In this document: positions 1 to 10,190 of the stretch, in pieces
Layout of the letters: each line of letters opens with the position of its first letter
Numbering within the stretch: the stretch's first letter is position 1
Source: an uncultured Actinomycetota bacterium
GTDB lineage: Bacteria; Actinomycetota; Thermoleophilia; RBG-16-64-13
Reading direction: 5' to 3'
DNA: 64,000 nt
Assembly: GCA_963843455.1 (NCBI GenBank)
Contig: CAWJKE010000010.1
Span: forward strand, 71,442 to 135,441
Program-made: the position numbers and the translations under genes
The notes under the pieces: generated by a model
What the model was told of the DNA's origin: nothing
Database searches by the model: none
Seen by the model: the letters and a program-made list of their open reading frames with translations, nothing else

Positions 1-1659
1 GGAGAGGGTCTCGTCGAAGCTCAATTTGGGGGGGATCCACTCCTTGAGAAACAGGCCTATGACTTCGCCCTCTTTGGACTTGATCTCCTCGGCCACTATG
101 ACGAACGGATCGCCCTCGGCCAGTTCCTGGGCGAGGAAAGCGCCCTTGATCTCGTTGTGGTCGGTCAGCGCGATGGCCCCCAGCCCGATCTCCCGTGCCG
201 TGCGGACAAGCGATTCGACGCTGTGTGTGCAGTCCTTGGAGAAGTTGGAATGCATGTGCAGGTCGGCGTTGATCCAGTCCGGCCGGGCGGGGCCATGCAC
301 CGCCCGCTTGGCGCGCCTCCGGAGCGGTTCCTCGCCTATACCGCGCACCTGCAGAGAACGCGTGGCGGCCAGACTCCTTCCTCCCACCCGGTCGCCGGTG
401 GTGGCCGCGATCGTATCGCGGTAGAGCACCTCGAGCCGCTCGGCAACGACAGACATCGAGTAGGTCGGGTCGCCGGGCGCGGTCCCGGCGCCGGCTCTCG
501 TGGCGGTTCCCGGACGTAGCACCGCGTCCACGGCGCGGCCGAGAGAGCCGAAATCGTTGGGCGAGAACACCACACCCCGGGGTCCGGAGTCGTCCGGCGC
601 GCCGTCTGCGAGTTGGACGTAGTCCCGCACCAGCGGCAGATCGGGGCCGGCCACGGGGCAGCCGCAGACAGCGGCCTCGGCGATGGAGGTGCTCAGCCAC
701 TCGCCGCCCAAGAAAGGAAGGATGGCGACCGCCGCTCCCCGATAAACGGGGCCCAGATCCTCAGCCGTGTCGAACCGCACCAGATCTATCCGAGACCGCA
801 GCTTGCGCGGCACGGCGCGCGGTGGCCAGCGGTCAGCCGACGCCTGATGGAACGCGATCACGATGCGATCGAGGCCGGAGGGGAAGCCGTCAGTCAGAGC
901 CCGAAGAAGAGCGCGAAGCGAGCGCCGTGAGTCGCCACGGTAGACGTAAAGGCCGAATCGCGCCCCGGGGCGAGCACCCGCGCCGCCGTCGCCGGGCGGG
1001 ATAGCGGTGCCGCAGGGGATGAACTCGTAGTCCGCCGGGTACAGGTCGTCCATCATGCGCTGCCCCTCGGGGAACGTCACCACCCGGGCGTCGAGTCGCT
1101 GGAAGAACCGCTCGAGCACCGACTGCCCCAACTCATACGCGGCCACCGCCACCGGAGTCAGGTGGAAGGTGGCGACGACCGGGCTGCGGGATTCCCGCAG
1201 GGCGCTGAAGCTCAGTGACGGCGCCAGTGGCTCATGGACGTGGACGAGGTCGAAATCGCCCCCCAGCATCAGCTTCTCCAACCGGGAGGCGATATCCACC
1301 GGCAGTCCAAGGTTCGCCACACTCCCGTTCAACCGCACCGGGAAGCTGAAGCCCACGGGAATGACGGGGATCTCGTCCTCGGTATGAAGAGGCCCCTTGC
1401 CGGCTGTGGGCAGGAGCAGACGGTCGGGGGGCGACCCGGCACGGTAGTCGGCAAGAAGACCGACGACCTGGCCGCGCGCGCGCTGGAATAGCGCCTTGGT
1501 GCGTGCGCCGTCCACAGGCTCGTCAGAGGAGGTCACCACTACCGGCAGATGTCCGCGAGCCTTCAGGGCCCGGGCGAGATCGGCTACATGCTGGTTGACG
1601 GCGCTCGGCTGGGTCCAGGCGAACGGAGCGACCAGAGCTATGTGCAGACCATCCACCAC
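1..1659 (-). CDS. PimA-like GT4 glycosyltransferase fused to a PHP-domain phosphoesterase (runs off the window edge)
   Basis: Absent from the ORF track (no stop in window). Hand translation from GTG 1659 (AGGAGG 5 nt upstream) is open to base 1. PimA-like motifs: LHIALVAPFAW, RLNGSVANL, GDFDLVHVHEPLAPSLS, PVVATFH, LGGEWLSTSIAE (ExxxxxxxE), YSMSVVAERLEVLY. These are followed by PHP motifs WINADLHMHSNFSKD, IALTDHNEI, VIVAEEIKS, GEVIGLFL. Confidence 0.85.
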   Translation of the reverse strand, partial: MVDGLHIALVAPFAWTQPSAVNQHVADLARALKARGHLPVVVTSSDEPVDGARTKALFQRARGQVVGLLADYRAGSPPDRLLLPTAGKGPLHTEDEIPVIPVGFSFPVRLNGSVANLGLPVDIASRLEKLMLGGDFDLVHVHEPLAPSLSFSALRESRSPVVATFHLTPVAVAAYELGQSVLERFFQRLDARVVTFPEGQRMMDDLYPADYEFIPCGTAIPPGDGGAGARPGARFGLYVYRGDSRRSLRALLRALTDGFPSGLDRIVIAFHQASADRWPPRAVPRKLRSRIDLVRFDTAEDLGPVYRGAAVAILPFLGGEWLSTSIAEAAVCGCPVAGPDLPLVRDYVQLADGAPDDSGPRGVVFSPNDFGSLGRAVDAVLRPGTATRAGAGTAPGDPTYSMSVVAERLEVLYRDTIAATTGDRVGGRSLAATRSLQVRGIGEEPLRRRAKRAVHGPARPDWINADLHMHSNFSKDCTHSVESLVRTAREIGLGAIALTDHNEIKGAFLAQELAEGDPFVIVAEEIKSKEGEVIGLFLKEWIPPKLSFDETLS

Positions 1660-1818
1660 GTCGGCCTCCTCGGTCGCGTCCGTAGCGCTGCGGCTACGCC
1701 CGCTTCCTGCGTCCTTGACTCAGCCGCGCCGATCGCACCCTGGCAGCGAAACGTCTCTCCGAAACGAGCCGGGCGGGACGATGTCCGCCCGGGCCCCCAC
1801 TCACGCTCTTGTTCTACC

Positions 1819-2907
1819 CTACTCGGACGGCTGGACTTCGCCGGCGATGAAGGCCTCGGTCTTGCGCCGGGCTTCTTCGTCGCTGTACTGGATGGGCGGC
1901 GACTTCATGAAGTATGAAGCCGGCTCGAACAGCGCTCCCGAGATGCCCCGGTCGAGCGCCAGTTTGGCGCAGCGGACCGCGTCGATGACGATACCCGCCG
2001 AGTTGGGCGAGTCGACCACCTCGAGTTTGAGCTCGATGTTCAGGGGCACGTCGCCGAAGGTGCGGCCTTCCATGCGGATGTAGGCCCACTTGCGGTCGTC
2101 GAGCCACTCGACGTAGTCCGAGGGGCCGATATGGATGTTCTTGGCACCCATGTCGTAGTCGAGTTGCGACGTGACCGAGTTGGTCTTGGAGATCTTCTTG
2201 CTCTCCAGGCGCGAGCGCTCGAGCATGTTGAGGAAGTCGGTGTTGCCGCCCACGTTGAGCTGGGAGGTGCGCTCCAACCGGACGCCTCGTTCGCGCATGA
2301 GGCGGGTGAGTACCCGGTGGACGATGGTGGCGCCGACCTGCGACTTGATGTCGTCACCGATGACCGGCAGTCCGCGCTCGATGAAGCGGTCCTGCCAGTA
2401 CTTCTCGCGGGCGATGAAGACCGGGATGCAGTTGACGAAGGCACAGCCGGCCTCAAGGATCTGCTCGACGTACCACTTGGTGGCCATCTCGCTGCCCACT
2501 GGCAGGTAGCTGACCACCACATCGGTCTTGGTGTCTTTGAGGATGCCGACGACGTCGTCCGTGGGGCCGGGGGCCTTTTCGATGACCTCGGACAGATACT
2601 TGCCCAGACCGTCGTGGGTCATGCCCCGGTAGACGTTGACGCCCATTTCGGGGACGTCTGCGAACTTGACCGTGCAGTTCCTGCCGCCCCAGATGGCCTG
2701 GGACAAGTCTTTGCCGACCTTGGTCTTGTCGATGTCGAAGGCACAGGTGAACTCGATGTCGGAGATGTGGTATCCGCCAAGGTTCACGTGCATGAGGCCG
2801 GGCACGAACTCGTCTGCTTTGGCATTTCGGTAGTACTGCACGCCCTGGATGAAGGACGACGCACAGTTCCCGACCCCGATGACAGCTACCCGAACTTTAT
2901 CGCTCAA
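1819..2907 (-). CDS. ino1: myo-inositol-1-phosphate synthase
   Basis: [53 protein letters not shown]. Likely TTG start overlapping the pgsA stop. Confidence 0.95.
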   Translation of the reverse strand: MSDKVRVAVIGVGNCASSFIQGVQYYRNAKADEFVPGLMHVNLGGYHISDIEFTCAFDIDKTKVGKDLSQAIWGGRNCTVKFADVPEMGVNVYRGMTHDGLGKYLSEVIEKAPGPTDDVVGILKDTKTDVVVSYLPVGSEMATKWYVEQILEAGCAFVNCIPVFIAREKYWQDRFIERGLPVIGDDIKSQVGATIVHRVLTRLMRERGVRLERTSQLNVGGNTDFLNMLERSRLESKKISKTNSVTSQLDYDMGAKNIHIGPSDYVEWLDDRKWAYIRMEGRTFGDVPLNIELKLEVVDSPNSAGIVIDAVRCAKLALDRGISGALFEPASYFMKSPPIQYSDEEARRKTEAFIAGEVQPSE

Positions 2908-3514
2908 CGGATCCTCCCTGTTCCCTTTGCCTGACGAGTTGGCGGTAAGTATGGACGACACGCTGGATCACCGTGAACGCGGTGAGCGCCAGCATTATGT
3001 AGATCACGTACGGCAGCAACACGCTGAAGAAGAGTCCGATGGCTACCAGGATGATGCGCTCGGGTCTGCTTGCGATCCCGACCTTGCACTCCAGACCCAG
3101 GGACTCCGCTCGCGCACGAGTGTAGCTCACCATGAGGCTGCCAAGAAGAGCGAGCGCGACCAGCGCCGCGTCGACCGACTCTCCCTTGGCCGCGAAAACG
3201 TAGCAGATGGCGGCCAGCACCATACCCTCGGATATCCTATCGAGGGTGGAGTCGAAGAAGGCTCCGAAGGGTGTGGACATCTTAGCCATCCGGGCCAGTG
3301 ACCCGTCGAGCATGTCGCAAATGCCCGCGACGATGACGAGGACCCCCGCCCAGATGAGATGATCAAAAACGATGAGGGCGGCCACGCCTGCGTTGAGCAA
3401 AGTGCCCGCGACGGTGACCTGATTAGGGGTGACCCCAAGCCTGTGGAGGGTGGAGATTACCGGCGTAAAACCCTTACGTAGCCTTATCCCAAAAGAGTCG
3501 CGAATATTCTCCAT
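2897..3514 (-). CDS. pgsA: CDP-alcohol phosphatidyltransferase (phosphatidylinositol-phosphate synthase-like)
   Basis: TPNQVT; DMLDGSLAR...[10 protein letters not shown] signature; SYTRARAE; overlaps ino1. Confidence 0.88.
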   Translation of the reverse strand: MENIRDSFGIRLRKGFTPVISTLHRLGVTPNQVTVAGTLLNAGVAALIVFDHLIWAGVLVIVAGICDMLDGSLARMAKMSTPFGAFFDSTLDRISEGMVLAAICYVFAAKGESVDAALVALALLGSLMVSYTRARAESLGLECKVGIASRPERIILVAIGLFFSVLLPYVIYIMLALTAFTVIQRVVHTYRQLVRQREQGGSVER

Positions 3515-3606
3515 CAGCCCTGATAGTCTCCGGATTCCGGGCTACCCACCCCGGCAACTCGCGATTGTAACAGTATCCGGGACGGGCCACAAATCACGGC
3601 CCGGCG

Positions 3607-4875
3607 TCACTCCTCGCCTTCGGCGAGGCCCGGGGCCGGGGCGGACGGCCCGGGAGGCGGAACGAGGGGGCCGGTGGCGGATCTGACCGCCCCCGGAGAC
3701 GGTGCACCGGGCCCGGAGGGCGGGGAGGTGGACCCGGGGACCGGCGGTACCCTCCGGGGCGGGGGGCCTCCCGAGCGGGCCGGGATGAGCGCGATGCCGT
3801 CATCCATGGCCCAGGGCGCCTTGGATGCGCCAAAATGGTAGAACTGGAGCGTGTGGCGAAGCATCGCGAGGAGCGGCAGAGCCGCGATGATACCCACTAT
3901 CCCCCCGATCTGTGCGCCGGCCAACAAGGCGAAGATCACGATGAGGGGGTGCACGCCCACGGAGCTGCCGACGATGTTCGGGGCGAGGATGTGGCTCTCC
4001 AACTGCTGGATCGCGAAGTAGACGATGATCACCACCAGGGCGGCGGTGGGGGAGTGGAAGAACGCAGCGATGACCGGCGGCACTGCGCCGATCCACGGCC
4101 CCACGTAGGGGATGACCTCCGTGATTCCCGCCCAGAAGCCGAAGAGGAGGGCATACTGGCCACCCTCCGGCCAGACGCCCACTATCTCCCAGCTCAATAC
4201 CCAGATAGCCAGGCCGCAGGCCAGACCGATCGTCGCGGCCAGCAGGGCCTGTCCTCTGACGAAGCGGCTGAAGGCAGTCTGGAGGCCCCGCACATATTGT
4301 TCCTTGACCTCAGGGGTACCCGGGGCCAGCCGGCAGAGAAGACGGAAGATGCGTTTGCCGTCGATCAGCATGTAGAAGCTGATGACCACCGTGAGAAAGA
4401 TGTTGATGACCACGCCTACGACGCTCACGCCGACAGAGAAGAGCGTGCCGACGGAGCGGGCACCATTGTTCTGAAGCCAGTCGACTATGTCCGTGGTGTT
4501 GAGCTGTAGATTGACCTTGATGTTGTGCGCTGCCAGCCAGGTCTGTAGATCGGCGAGGGACTTGTTCATGTCGTCGAGCCAACCGGGGATTGTCTCGAAC
4601 AACCGCTGGAACTGGCGGATGAGGGGCGGGCCGAGGAAGACGAACAAGACGACGACCACAGCCAGGAAGGCCAGATAGACGATCGGGACCGCGACCCAGC
4701 GAGGCACCTTGATCCGCCCCATCCCCAGGATCGCCGCGTTGAGGAAGACTGCGACCACCATCGACATGAGGAACACGAAGATGGCGTGGCTTGCCACCTT
4801 CGCGAAGTAGAGGGCAAGGAAGATGGCCACCGGGATGAGCACGGCTTGGGCCCATCGAGGAATGGTGATCTGCAC
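3607..4875 (-). CDS. AI-2E family (PerM) transporter
   Basis: Multi-TM protein; RFVRGQ, IPYVGP, IQQLESHILAP, VHPLIVIFALLAG. Confidence 0.9.
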   Translation of the reverse strand: MQITIPRWAQAVLIPVAIFLALYFAKVASHAIFVFLMSMVVAVFLNAAILGMGRIKVPRWVAVPIVYLAFLAVVVVLFVFLGPPLIRQFQRLFETIPGWLDDMNKSLADLQTWLAAHNIKVNLQLNTTDIVDWLQNNGARSVGTLFSVGVSVVGVVINIFLTVVISFYMLIDGKRIFRLLCRLAPGTPEVKEQYVRGLQTAFSRFVRGQALLAATIGLACGLAIWVLSWEIVGVWPEGGQYALLFGFWAGITEVIPYVGPWIGAVPPVIAAFFHSPTAALVVIIVYFAIQQLESHILAPNIVGSSVGVHPLIVIFALLAGAQIGGIVGIIAALPLLAMLRHTLQFYHFGASKAPWAMDDGIALIPARSGGPPPRRVPPVPGSTSPPSGPGAPSPGAVRSATGPLVPPPGPSAPAPGLAEGEE

Positions 4876-5022
4876 CTACCCCTCCTTGTCGGGGCTCGCC
4901 TGTCCTAAGGCCATACTTCAAAGCACAGATTATCAGTCCACGGACCACACTGCGGATACCGTTTGAGCGCATGCACAGGCTCTTTGTGGGCAATCTGGGC
5001 GGGTGATGGTAAGGTAAGGGCG

Positions 5023-5829
5023 ATGAGAGAAGGCCAAGGTTCATCAGAGATACTGCATCGGGACGGGTCGGTAAGACGCGAACGGCGCCAGGACACACCG
5101 TATCGTAGGCGCAGGATATATTTCGCTGCCGGTTTCGGCGTGTTGTGCTTGGTCGTCGCCGGCATCATCATCGCTCTCACCGCGGGCGGTTCGACCGCAC
5201 AGGTGCGTCCCCAGGAGCTTCTCGTCGGTAGCGGCCCGCTGCTTTCCGCCCCTGTCTCGGCAACGGGTGTGAGCTACCCGGCTTTCGCCCGCCTGGGCGA
5301 CCGCAACCTACTCCTGCCTGTCGCCGCCAGGGACGTGACCATCATCGCCTACCAGCCCGTCAGCGACGACGGGGCGGTCCAGTTCTCTCCCATAGGGGAC
5401 AGGGCCAACTCCAATGCGCTCGTGAGGTTTTTCAGGGGTATCTTTGCCGGCGAGCCGTCAGTGCGGTACTACCTCCTTCCCGGTGACGGCGCGGGAGCTA
5501 CCGGCTCTGTCCTGGTAGGGGCGGCACCCGGTGTTCCGGTGACGGCACCGATCTCGGGCACCGTTACCGCCATCAAGCAGTACAAGCTCTACGGCAAGTA
5601 TGACGACGTGCAGGTCGACATCCGCCCGGAGGAGATGAGCGGCATCACCGTCTCGATTCTCTTTGTCGACGAGCCGGTGGTCTCGATCGGAGAAGTGGTT
5701 ACGGCGGGTAAGACCCAGCTCGGCAAGGTCAGGGATTGCCCCGAGGACCTGGGTCAACAGCTCGCCATCTACACCCACGACTCCGGCTCACATGTGTTCG
5801 TGCAGGCGACGGAGGAGCCCATCCGCTGA
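5023..5829 (+). CDS. Membrane-anchored protein with a degenerate M23/hybrid-motif-like C-terminal domain
   Basis: Arg-rich N-terminus plus one TM helix; GAAPGVPVTAPISGTV and VSIGEVVTAGKTQLG resemble M23, but the Zn motifs are not clear. Confidence 0.55.
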   Translation: MREGQGSSEILHRDGSVRRERRQDTPYRRRRIYFAAGFGVLCLVVAGIIIALTAGGSTAQVRPQELLVGSGPLLSAPVSATGVSYPAFARLGDRNLLLPVAARDVTIIAYQPVSDDGAVQFSPIGDRANSNALVRFFRGIFAGEPSVRYYLLPGDGAGATGSVLVGAAPGVPVTAPISGTVTAIKQYKLYGKYDDVQVDIRPEEMSGITVSILFVDEPVVSIGEVVTAGKTQLGKVRDCPEDLGQQLAIYTHDSGSHVFVQATEEPIR

Positions 5830-6869
5830 GCGCGCTGTTCTGCTCCAAGTGCGGCGGCCGGGTAGAGTCGCAGACGGTAGGCGACCGGCCCCGCGACGTC
5901 TGCGCTGTATGCGGGACGATCTTCTATCAGAACCCTTTGCCCGCGGCGGGCGCCCTCGTGCTCGACGATCTACGGCGCGTATTACTCGTCAAACGTAAGT
6001 ACCCTCCCAACGAGGGCATGTGGTGCCTGCCTATCGGCTTCGCCGAGCTTGGGGAGACCATCGCCGAAGCGGCCCTGCGAGAACTGTTCGAGGAGACGGG
6101 GGTCACAGGACGCGTGATCCGGCTCATCGACGCCGACTCCTGGAAGGGCGCCTTCTACGGTGACGTGCTGGTCGTCACGTTCGAGGTCGAGAAGGTGCTC
6201 GGTTTGGAGACAGCGGGAGATGACGCCGAGGAAGTGGACTACTTTCCGCTGGACCAGCTTCCACCCCTCGCTTTTCCACACAACGAGAAGGCCATACGGT
6301 TGTGCGCCGATCTCCACCGAGACGAGTGGGCCATCCACGATTCCTTCCGGCGGATGGAGGAGGCGGCGGGGGCCGGGGTCGAACCGGGCACCGAAGCGAA
6401 GCCCGAGGACGGTGCGGCTCGCGCCGCGGGCGCACGCATGCTGTCCGACAGCTTGATCGGTTTTGTCAACGAAAGCATCACTTTGGTCGCCCGGCTTTGG
6501 CTGGCCGACGTCCGTTCCAGCCATACCACCGAGGCGTATTTGCGCCTCGATCCCGATTCTCTCCTGGCCGAATGCACCACCAGCCTGCAGCAGTTGGGGC
6601 GCTGGCTCGAGGGGGAGAGCACCGAAGAGCAGATCCGGCGATCCTTCCGAGAACTCGGCGCTCGCAGACAGGCGCAGGGAGTCCCTCTTCACGAACTCCT
6701 TTCGGCCATCATGCTCCTCAAGCGCCAGATCTGGGCTCACGCGCGTTCTCAGGGCGTTTGGCAGCAGCCTATGGAGATGTACCGGGTGATGGAGTTGCAG
6801 AGCCGGTTCGCGGTGTTCTTCGACCGCGCCATGTACCACTCGGCCCGCGGCTACGCCGGAAGCGGATAA
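5826..6869 (+). CDS. Zn-ribbon NUDIX hydrolase with a C-terminal RsbRD-N-like helical domain
   Basis: FCSKCGG...CAVCG ribbon; Nudix box GFAELGETIAEAALRELFEETG; C-terminal LGARRQAQGVPLHELLSAIMLLKRQIW...FFDRAMY. Start uncertain (CTG overlapping the upstream TGA, after GGAGGAG). Confidence 0.8.
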   Translation: MSALFCSKCGGRVESQTVGDRPRDVCAVCGTIFYQNPLPAAGALVLDDLRRVLLVKRKYPPNEGMWCLPIGFAELGETIAEAALRELFEETGVTGRVIRLIDADSWKGAFYGDVLVVTFEVEKVLGLETAGDDAEEVDYFPLDQLPPLAFPHNEKAIRLCADLHRDEWAIHDSFRRMEEAAGAGVEPGTEAKPEDGAARAAGARMLSDSLIGFVNESITLVARLWLADVRSSHTTEAYLRLDPDSLLAECTTSLQQLGRWLEGESTEEQIRRSFRELGARRQAQGVPLHELLSAIMLLKRQIWAHARSQGVWQQPMEMYRVMELQSRFAVFFDRAMYHSARGYAGSG

Positions 6870-6882
6870 GGCGTCGCCCTTC

Positions 6883-7893
6883 CTACACGTTGAAGCGGAA
6901 GTTGACGATGTCCCCGTCCTTGACGAGGTAGTCCTTGCCCTCGACGCGCAGCACCCCGGCCTCGCGGGCCGCCTTCATGGTGCCGTGGTGCATGAAGTCG
7001 TCGTAGGAGATGACCTCGGCCCGGATGAAGCCTCGCTGGATGTCGCTGTGGATGGCACCCGCCGCTTCGCGCGCGGTCTCCCCGCCGCGGATGGGCCACG
7101 CCCTCACTTCGTCGCTGCCCGTCGTGAGGAAGCTGATGAGCCCCAGTTGTTGGAAGGCGGCCTGAGCCACCACCTCGGCGGCAGGCCCGGGTAGCCCCAA
7201 CGCGGCCGCGTATTCGGCCTGCTCCTCCATGGATAGCTGCGAGACCTCGAGGGCGTCGGGGAAGGGAAAGGCGAGCAGCCGGCGTCCGCGAGCAACCGCC
7301 TCGAGGGCGGAGATATCGGGCACGATCCCCGCCTCGGTATTGAGCACCAGCAGCTGCGGGGTGAGGGTCAGGAACTGATAGCCGCGAATGAAGTTCAACT
7401 CCACTTCGTCGAAGTCCACCTCCCTGAGGGGCTGCTCTGCTTCGAGCGCCTCCTGGCAGTGAGCCAGCGCCTTCTTCCCGGCATCGGCCAGCGGCGCTTT
7501 CTTCGCCCGCTCGAAAGCCCGTTCGATCCGGATGAGATCGAACAGCAGGAACTCTCGATCGAGTTCCTCCAGGTCGGCCTCCGGATGCGCCGGCTCGCCC
7601 AGCAGCGGGCTGTCGAAACCGCGGAGCACGTGGACGTAGACCTGGCCGCCGGCCAGCGCGTCCAGATATCTCTCCATCTCGCCCTTGCGCCCCGTAGCCT
7701 CGGGCCACGCCACCTCGCGCACCTTGAACTCGGCGAACGTGGTCTTCTTGGGCTGGAAGATCTCGGACAGGACGCGGATGCGTGCGTCGCCGACGTGGAC
7801 GGTAGCGATGTGGCCTTCGCCTCGTCCTTCGGCCAGGGCGGCTACAAGGGTCGTCTTGCCGCACCCCTTGAGCCCGATGATGCGCGCTTCCAA
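6883..7893 (-). CDS. YchF/Obg-like ATPase variant (TGS/DUF933 C-terminus)
   Basis: P-loop GLKGCGKT; PKKTTFA; AAGAIHSDIQRGFIRAEVI; EGKDYLVKDGDIVNFRFNV. Confidence 0.8.
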   Translation of the reverse strand: MEARIIGLKGCGKTTLVAALAEGRGEGHIATVHVGDARIRVLSEIFQPKKTTFAEFKVREVAWPEATGRKGEMERYLDALAGGQVYVHVLRGFDSPLLGEPAHPEADLEELDREFLLFDLIRIERAFERAKKAPLADAGKKALAHCQEALEAEQPLREVDFDEVELNFIRGYQFLTLTPQLLVLNTEAGIVPDISALEAVARGRRLLAFPFPDALEVSQLSMEEQAEYAAALGLPGPAAEVVAQAAFQQLGLISFLTTGSDEVRAWPIRGGETAREAAGAIHSDIQRGFIRAEVISYDDFMHHGTMKAAREAGVLRVEGKDYLVKDGDIVNFRFNV

Positions 7894-7942
7894 TGACTGC
7901 CTCCCGATCGTGTTTGGGCTATAGGCTCAGTGTAGCCCAGCC

Positions 7943-9145
7943 CTACTTTTGCAGCGGGTATTCCCGGCAGATCTTCTGCGAGTTCCTGTCGTCGTAGAAC
8001 ACGAGCTTGCCGTCGACCTCGTCCAGCGGGAACCACCATTTGTCGGTCGCCTCGGCCGGATCGACGTAGTTGTTGGCGACGACCCGGTGCTTCTGGGCAT
8101 CGGCGCGCTTATGCAGCCATTCGAGGCTGCCGTCCCACTCAGCGAAGTCGCTGGGCTCGCTGAAGGGTATGTGCCAGGGGCAGATCTTGGTGCAGCGCCC
8201 GCACACGCAGCCTTCCTTGTTCAGGACGTCGAAGTCGGAGCAGGCTTTGCTGTTGAGTTTCCAGGTGTAGTAGCCGTTGTAGAGCGTCTTCGGCCCCCGG
8301 GTGATGGCCCGGGCCGGACACTGCTCCGCGCAGAGCGTACACCTACCGCAGTAGTCCTGAAGGCCGAAATCGATGTATCCGTCGACCTCGAGCTCCATGT
8401 TTGTGAGCACACAGGCCGACTTGAAGTTGCAGCCCAGGAACGGGTTGAGGATGATCCCCATACGGGAGACCTCACCCAGGCCGGCGTCGAGCACCACCTG
8501 GGGCATCAGAGTCCGGTAGCGGTCCATGTTGGAGGCTTCAGCCTCGATGCCGAGCCGGCGGAGGTAGTTGGCCATGGTCTCGGTCTGCATCGCTAGACGC
8601 TGATAGGCCTGGAAGCTGGCCGGGTCGACGATCTCTTCCCAGCCGTTTGCCGCGCTGAGCGTCGGCTCGTGCTTGCGCGCGAGGAGGACGATGGCGTACT
8701 TGAACGGCGCCTCGATCTCCCTGCCCTTCATGTTGTGGGTGTAGACCGCCGACTGGCTCAGGGGTCCGATGCCCACCATGTCGGCGCCGAGAAAGTGTCC
8801 CAACATCTTCACGTGGCGGCTGAGAACCCGGGGATCGTCGGGGATGGGAGCCCGCTCGGGAGCGACCGGATTGAGCTTCCGCACGACAGTGTTGACCAGG
8901 TTCTGCATGTCCCAGAAGGAGGCCCCCAGCGGATAGCGCCGGGTCATGCGCTTGAACTCGCGCTCGATCTCTTCCCCGTACTCGCCGAAGAGCGACTTGC
9001 CGAACGGGCTCTCCCGTTCGTCGCGCCGCTCGATGGTTCCGACGATCTCGTTGGTGGGCTTGGCGACCCGCTTCAGCCTGTCCGTGGGCCACGGACCGAT
9101 CTGGCGGTCGTCGTAGAGGATGTCGTGGTATTTGAGTCGCTCCAT
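7943..9145 (-). CDS. rdhA: Cytoplasmic (non-Tat) cobalamin-dependent reductive dehalogenase-like protein
   Basis: FLGADMVGI, AGLGEVSRMG, GCNFKSACVLT; two 4Fe-4S motifs CGRCTLCAEQCP and CGRCTKICPW; N-terminal GPWPTDRLKRV like catabolic RdhA; ATG overlaps the upstream stop. Confidence 0.75.
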   Translation of the reverse strand: MERLKYHDILYDDRQIGPWPTDRLKRVAKPTNEIVGTIERRDERESPFGKSLFGEYGEEIEREFKRMTRRYPLGASFWDMQNLVNTVVRKLNPVAPERAPIPDDPRVLSRHVKMLGHFLGADMVGIGPLSQSAVYTHNMKGREIEAPFKYAIVLLARKHEPTLSAANGWEEIVDPASFQAYQRLAMQTETMANYLRRLGIEAEASNMDRYRTLMPQVVLDAGLGEVSRMGIILNPFLGCNFKSACVLTNMELEVDGYIDFGLQDYCGRCTLCAEQCPARAITRGPKTLYNGYYTWKLNSKACSDFDVLNKEGCVCGRCTKICPWHIPFSEPSDFAEWDGSLEWLHKRADAQKHRVVANNYVDPAEATDKWWFPLDEVDGKLVFYDDRNSQKICREYPLQK

Positions 9146-10188
9146 CAGGTTATGCCGAGCTCGGCTGCGTTGCGGTAGTAGAGCAGCTCTCTCTCTTCGC
9201 GCGACAGCCCCAAACCCTCTAGAAAGTTCATACACTCGCTCATCTCTTCGTAGGGATAGTCGGTCCCCAGAAGGATCCTCTCCATGCCCAGAGCCTCTCG
9301 CGTGCACTTGAAGGCGGCCGGCAGATAGTTGCCGCTTGTGGTCATGAGCATGTTGTCGCGCAGATAGTCGCTCGGTACCCTCTTGAGGTCGGGCACCACC
9401 TCAGGATCGGCCGCCCGGAGGTGAGGCCGCACGAACGGGTGATCGATGCGTTGCATGAGAAAGGGAAGACCTTCCCCGTAGTGCCCGATCATGATCTTGA
9501 GCTTCGGGAACGCGTCAAAGGCGCCGCTGAGAACCAGGCGCATCATGGCCGTGGCCGTCTCCACCCCAAAGCCGAAGGCGGCGCCGGCAAGGGCCAGGCC
9601 GTAGGTGCGCAGCTCCTTGATCATGGGCGCGACCGGATGCAGATAGATGACCACCCCCAACTCCTCGGCCTTGGCCAAGATAGGCCAATAGCGGCGCTCG
9701 TCGATGTAAGAGTCGCCGAAGTTGGAGTGGGTCTTCCAACCCTTGAAGCCGAGATCCTTGACGCAGCGCTCGAGCTCTGCGGCGGCCGCATGCGGGTCCT
9801 TGGGCGCCAGCGCGGCGAAACCCAGGAGCCGGTCGGGGTACTTGTCCATCGCGGCAGCCAGCTCGTCGTTGACGCTCTTCGCCAACGCCGTGCCGACGCT
9901 GGGGTCGAAATGGTCCACTCCCGGCGAGGTCAGCGAGACGACGGCCTTGTCGATGCCCGCTTGGTCCATGCCTGTGATGCGTTCTTCACCCAAGTCGAGC
10001 AGCCGGTTGAGGAGGAAATCGCCGTGCGGCTCGAACGCGTCCTCCCGGTAGTACATCCGCCGCCGGCCGGTGGCTTTGTCGTCCACAAAGCGCGGATAGC
10101 CGGGGTTGGCGTAGGTGGCGTCCACCCATTGCTGCGTGACGAAATGCGTCTCGAAATCGATGGTCTTCACCTGGAAACCAGTTCTCAA
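9145..10188 (-). CDS. Amidohydrolase_2 family non-oxidative aromatic decarboxylase (LigW/dihydroxybenzoate decarboxylase-like)
   Basis: IDFETHF, SLTSPG, NDELA, IYLHP, GHYGEGLP, TTSGN, GTDYP. Confidence 0.8.
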   Translation of the reverse strand: MRTGFQVKTIDFETHFVTQQWVDATYANPGYPRFVDDKATGRRRMYYREDAFEPHGDFLLNRLLDLGEERITGMDQAGIDKAVVSLTSPGVDHFDPSVGTALAKSVNDELAAAMDKYPDRLLGFAALAPKDPHAAAAELERCVKDLGFKGWKTHSNFGDSYIDERRYWPILAKAEELGVVIYLHPVAPMIKELRTYGLALAGAAFGFGVETATAMMRLVLSGAFDAFPKLKIMIGHYGEGLPFLMQRIDHPFVRPHLRAADPEVVPDLKRVPSDYLRDNMLMTTSGNYLPAAFKCTREALGMERILLGTDYPYEEMSECMNFLEGLGLSREERELLYYRNAAELGIT

Positions 10189-10190
10189 GA

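Noticed and set aside
7943-9145. Epoxyqueuosine reductase (QueG) call
   Set aside because: The N-terminus, GLGE.SR.G and second Fe-S motif look RdhA-like, and the context is catabolic. Not fully excluded without phylogeny.
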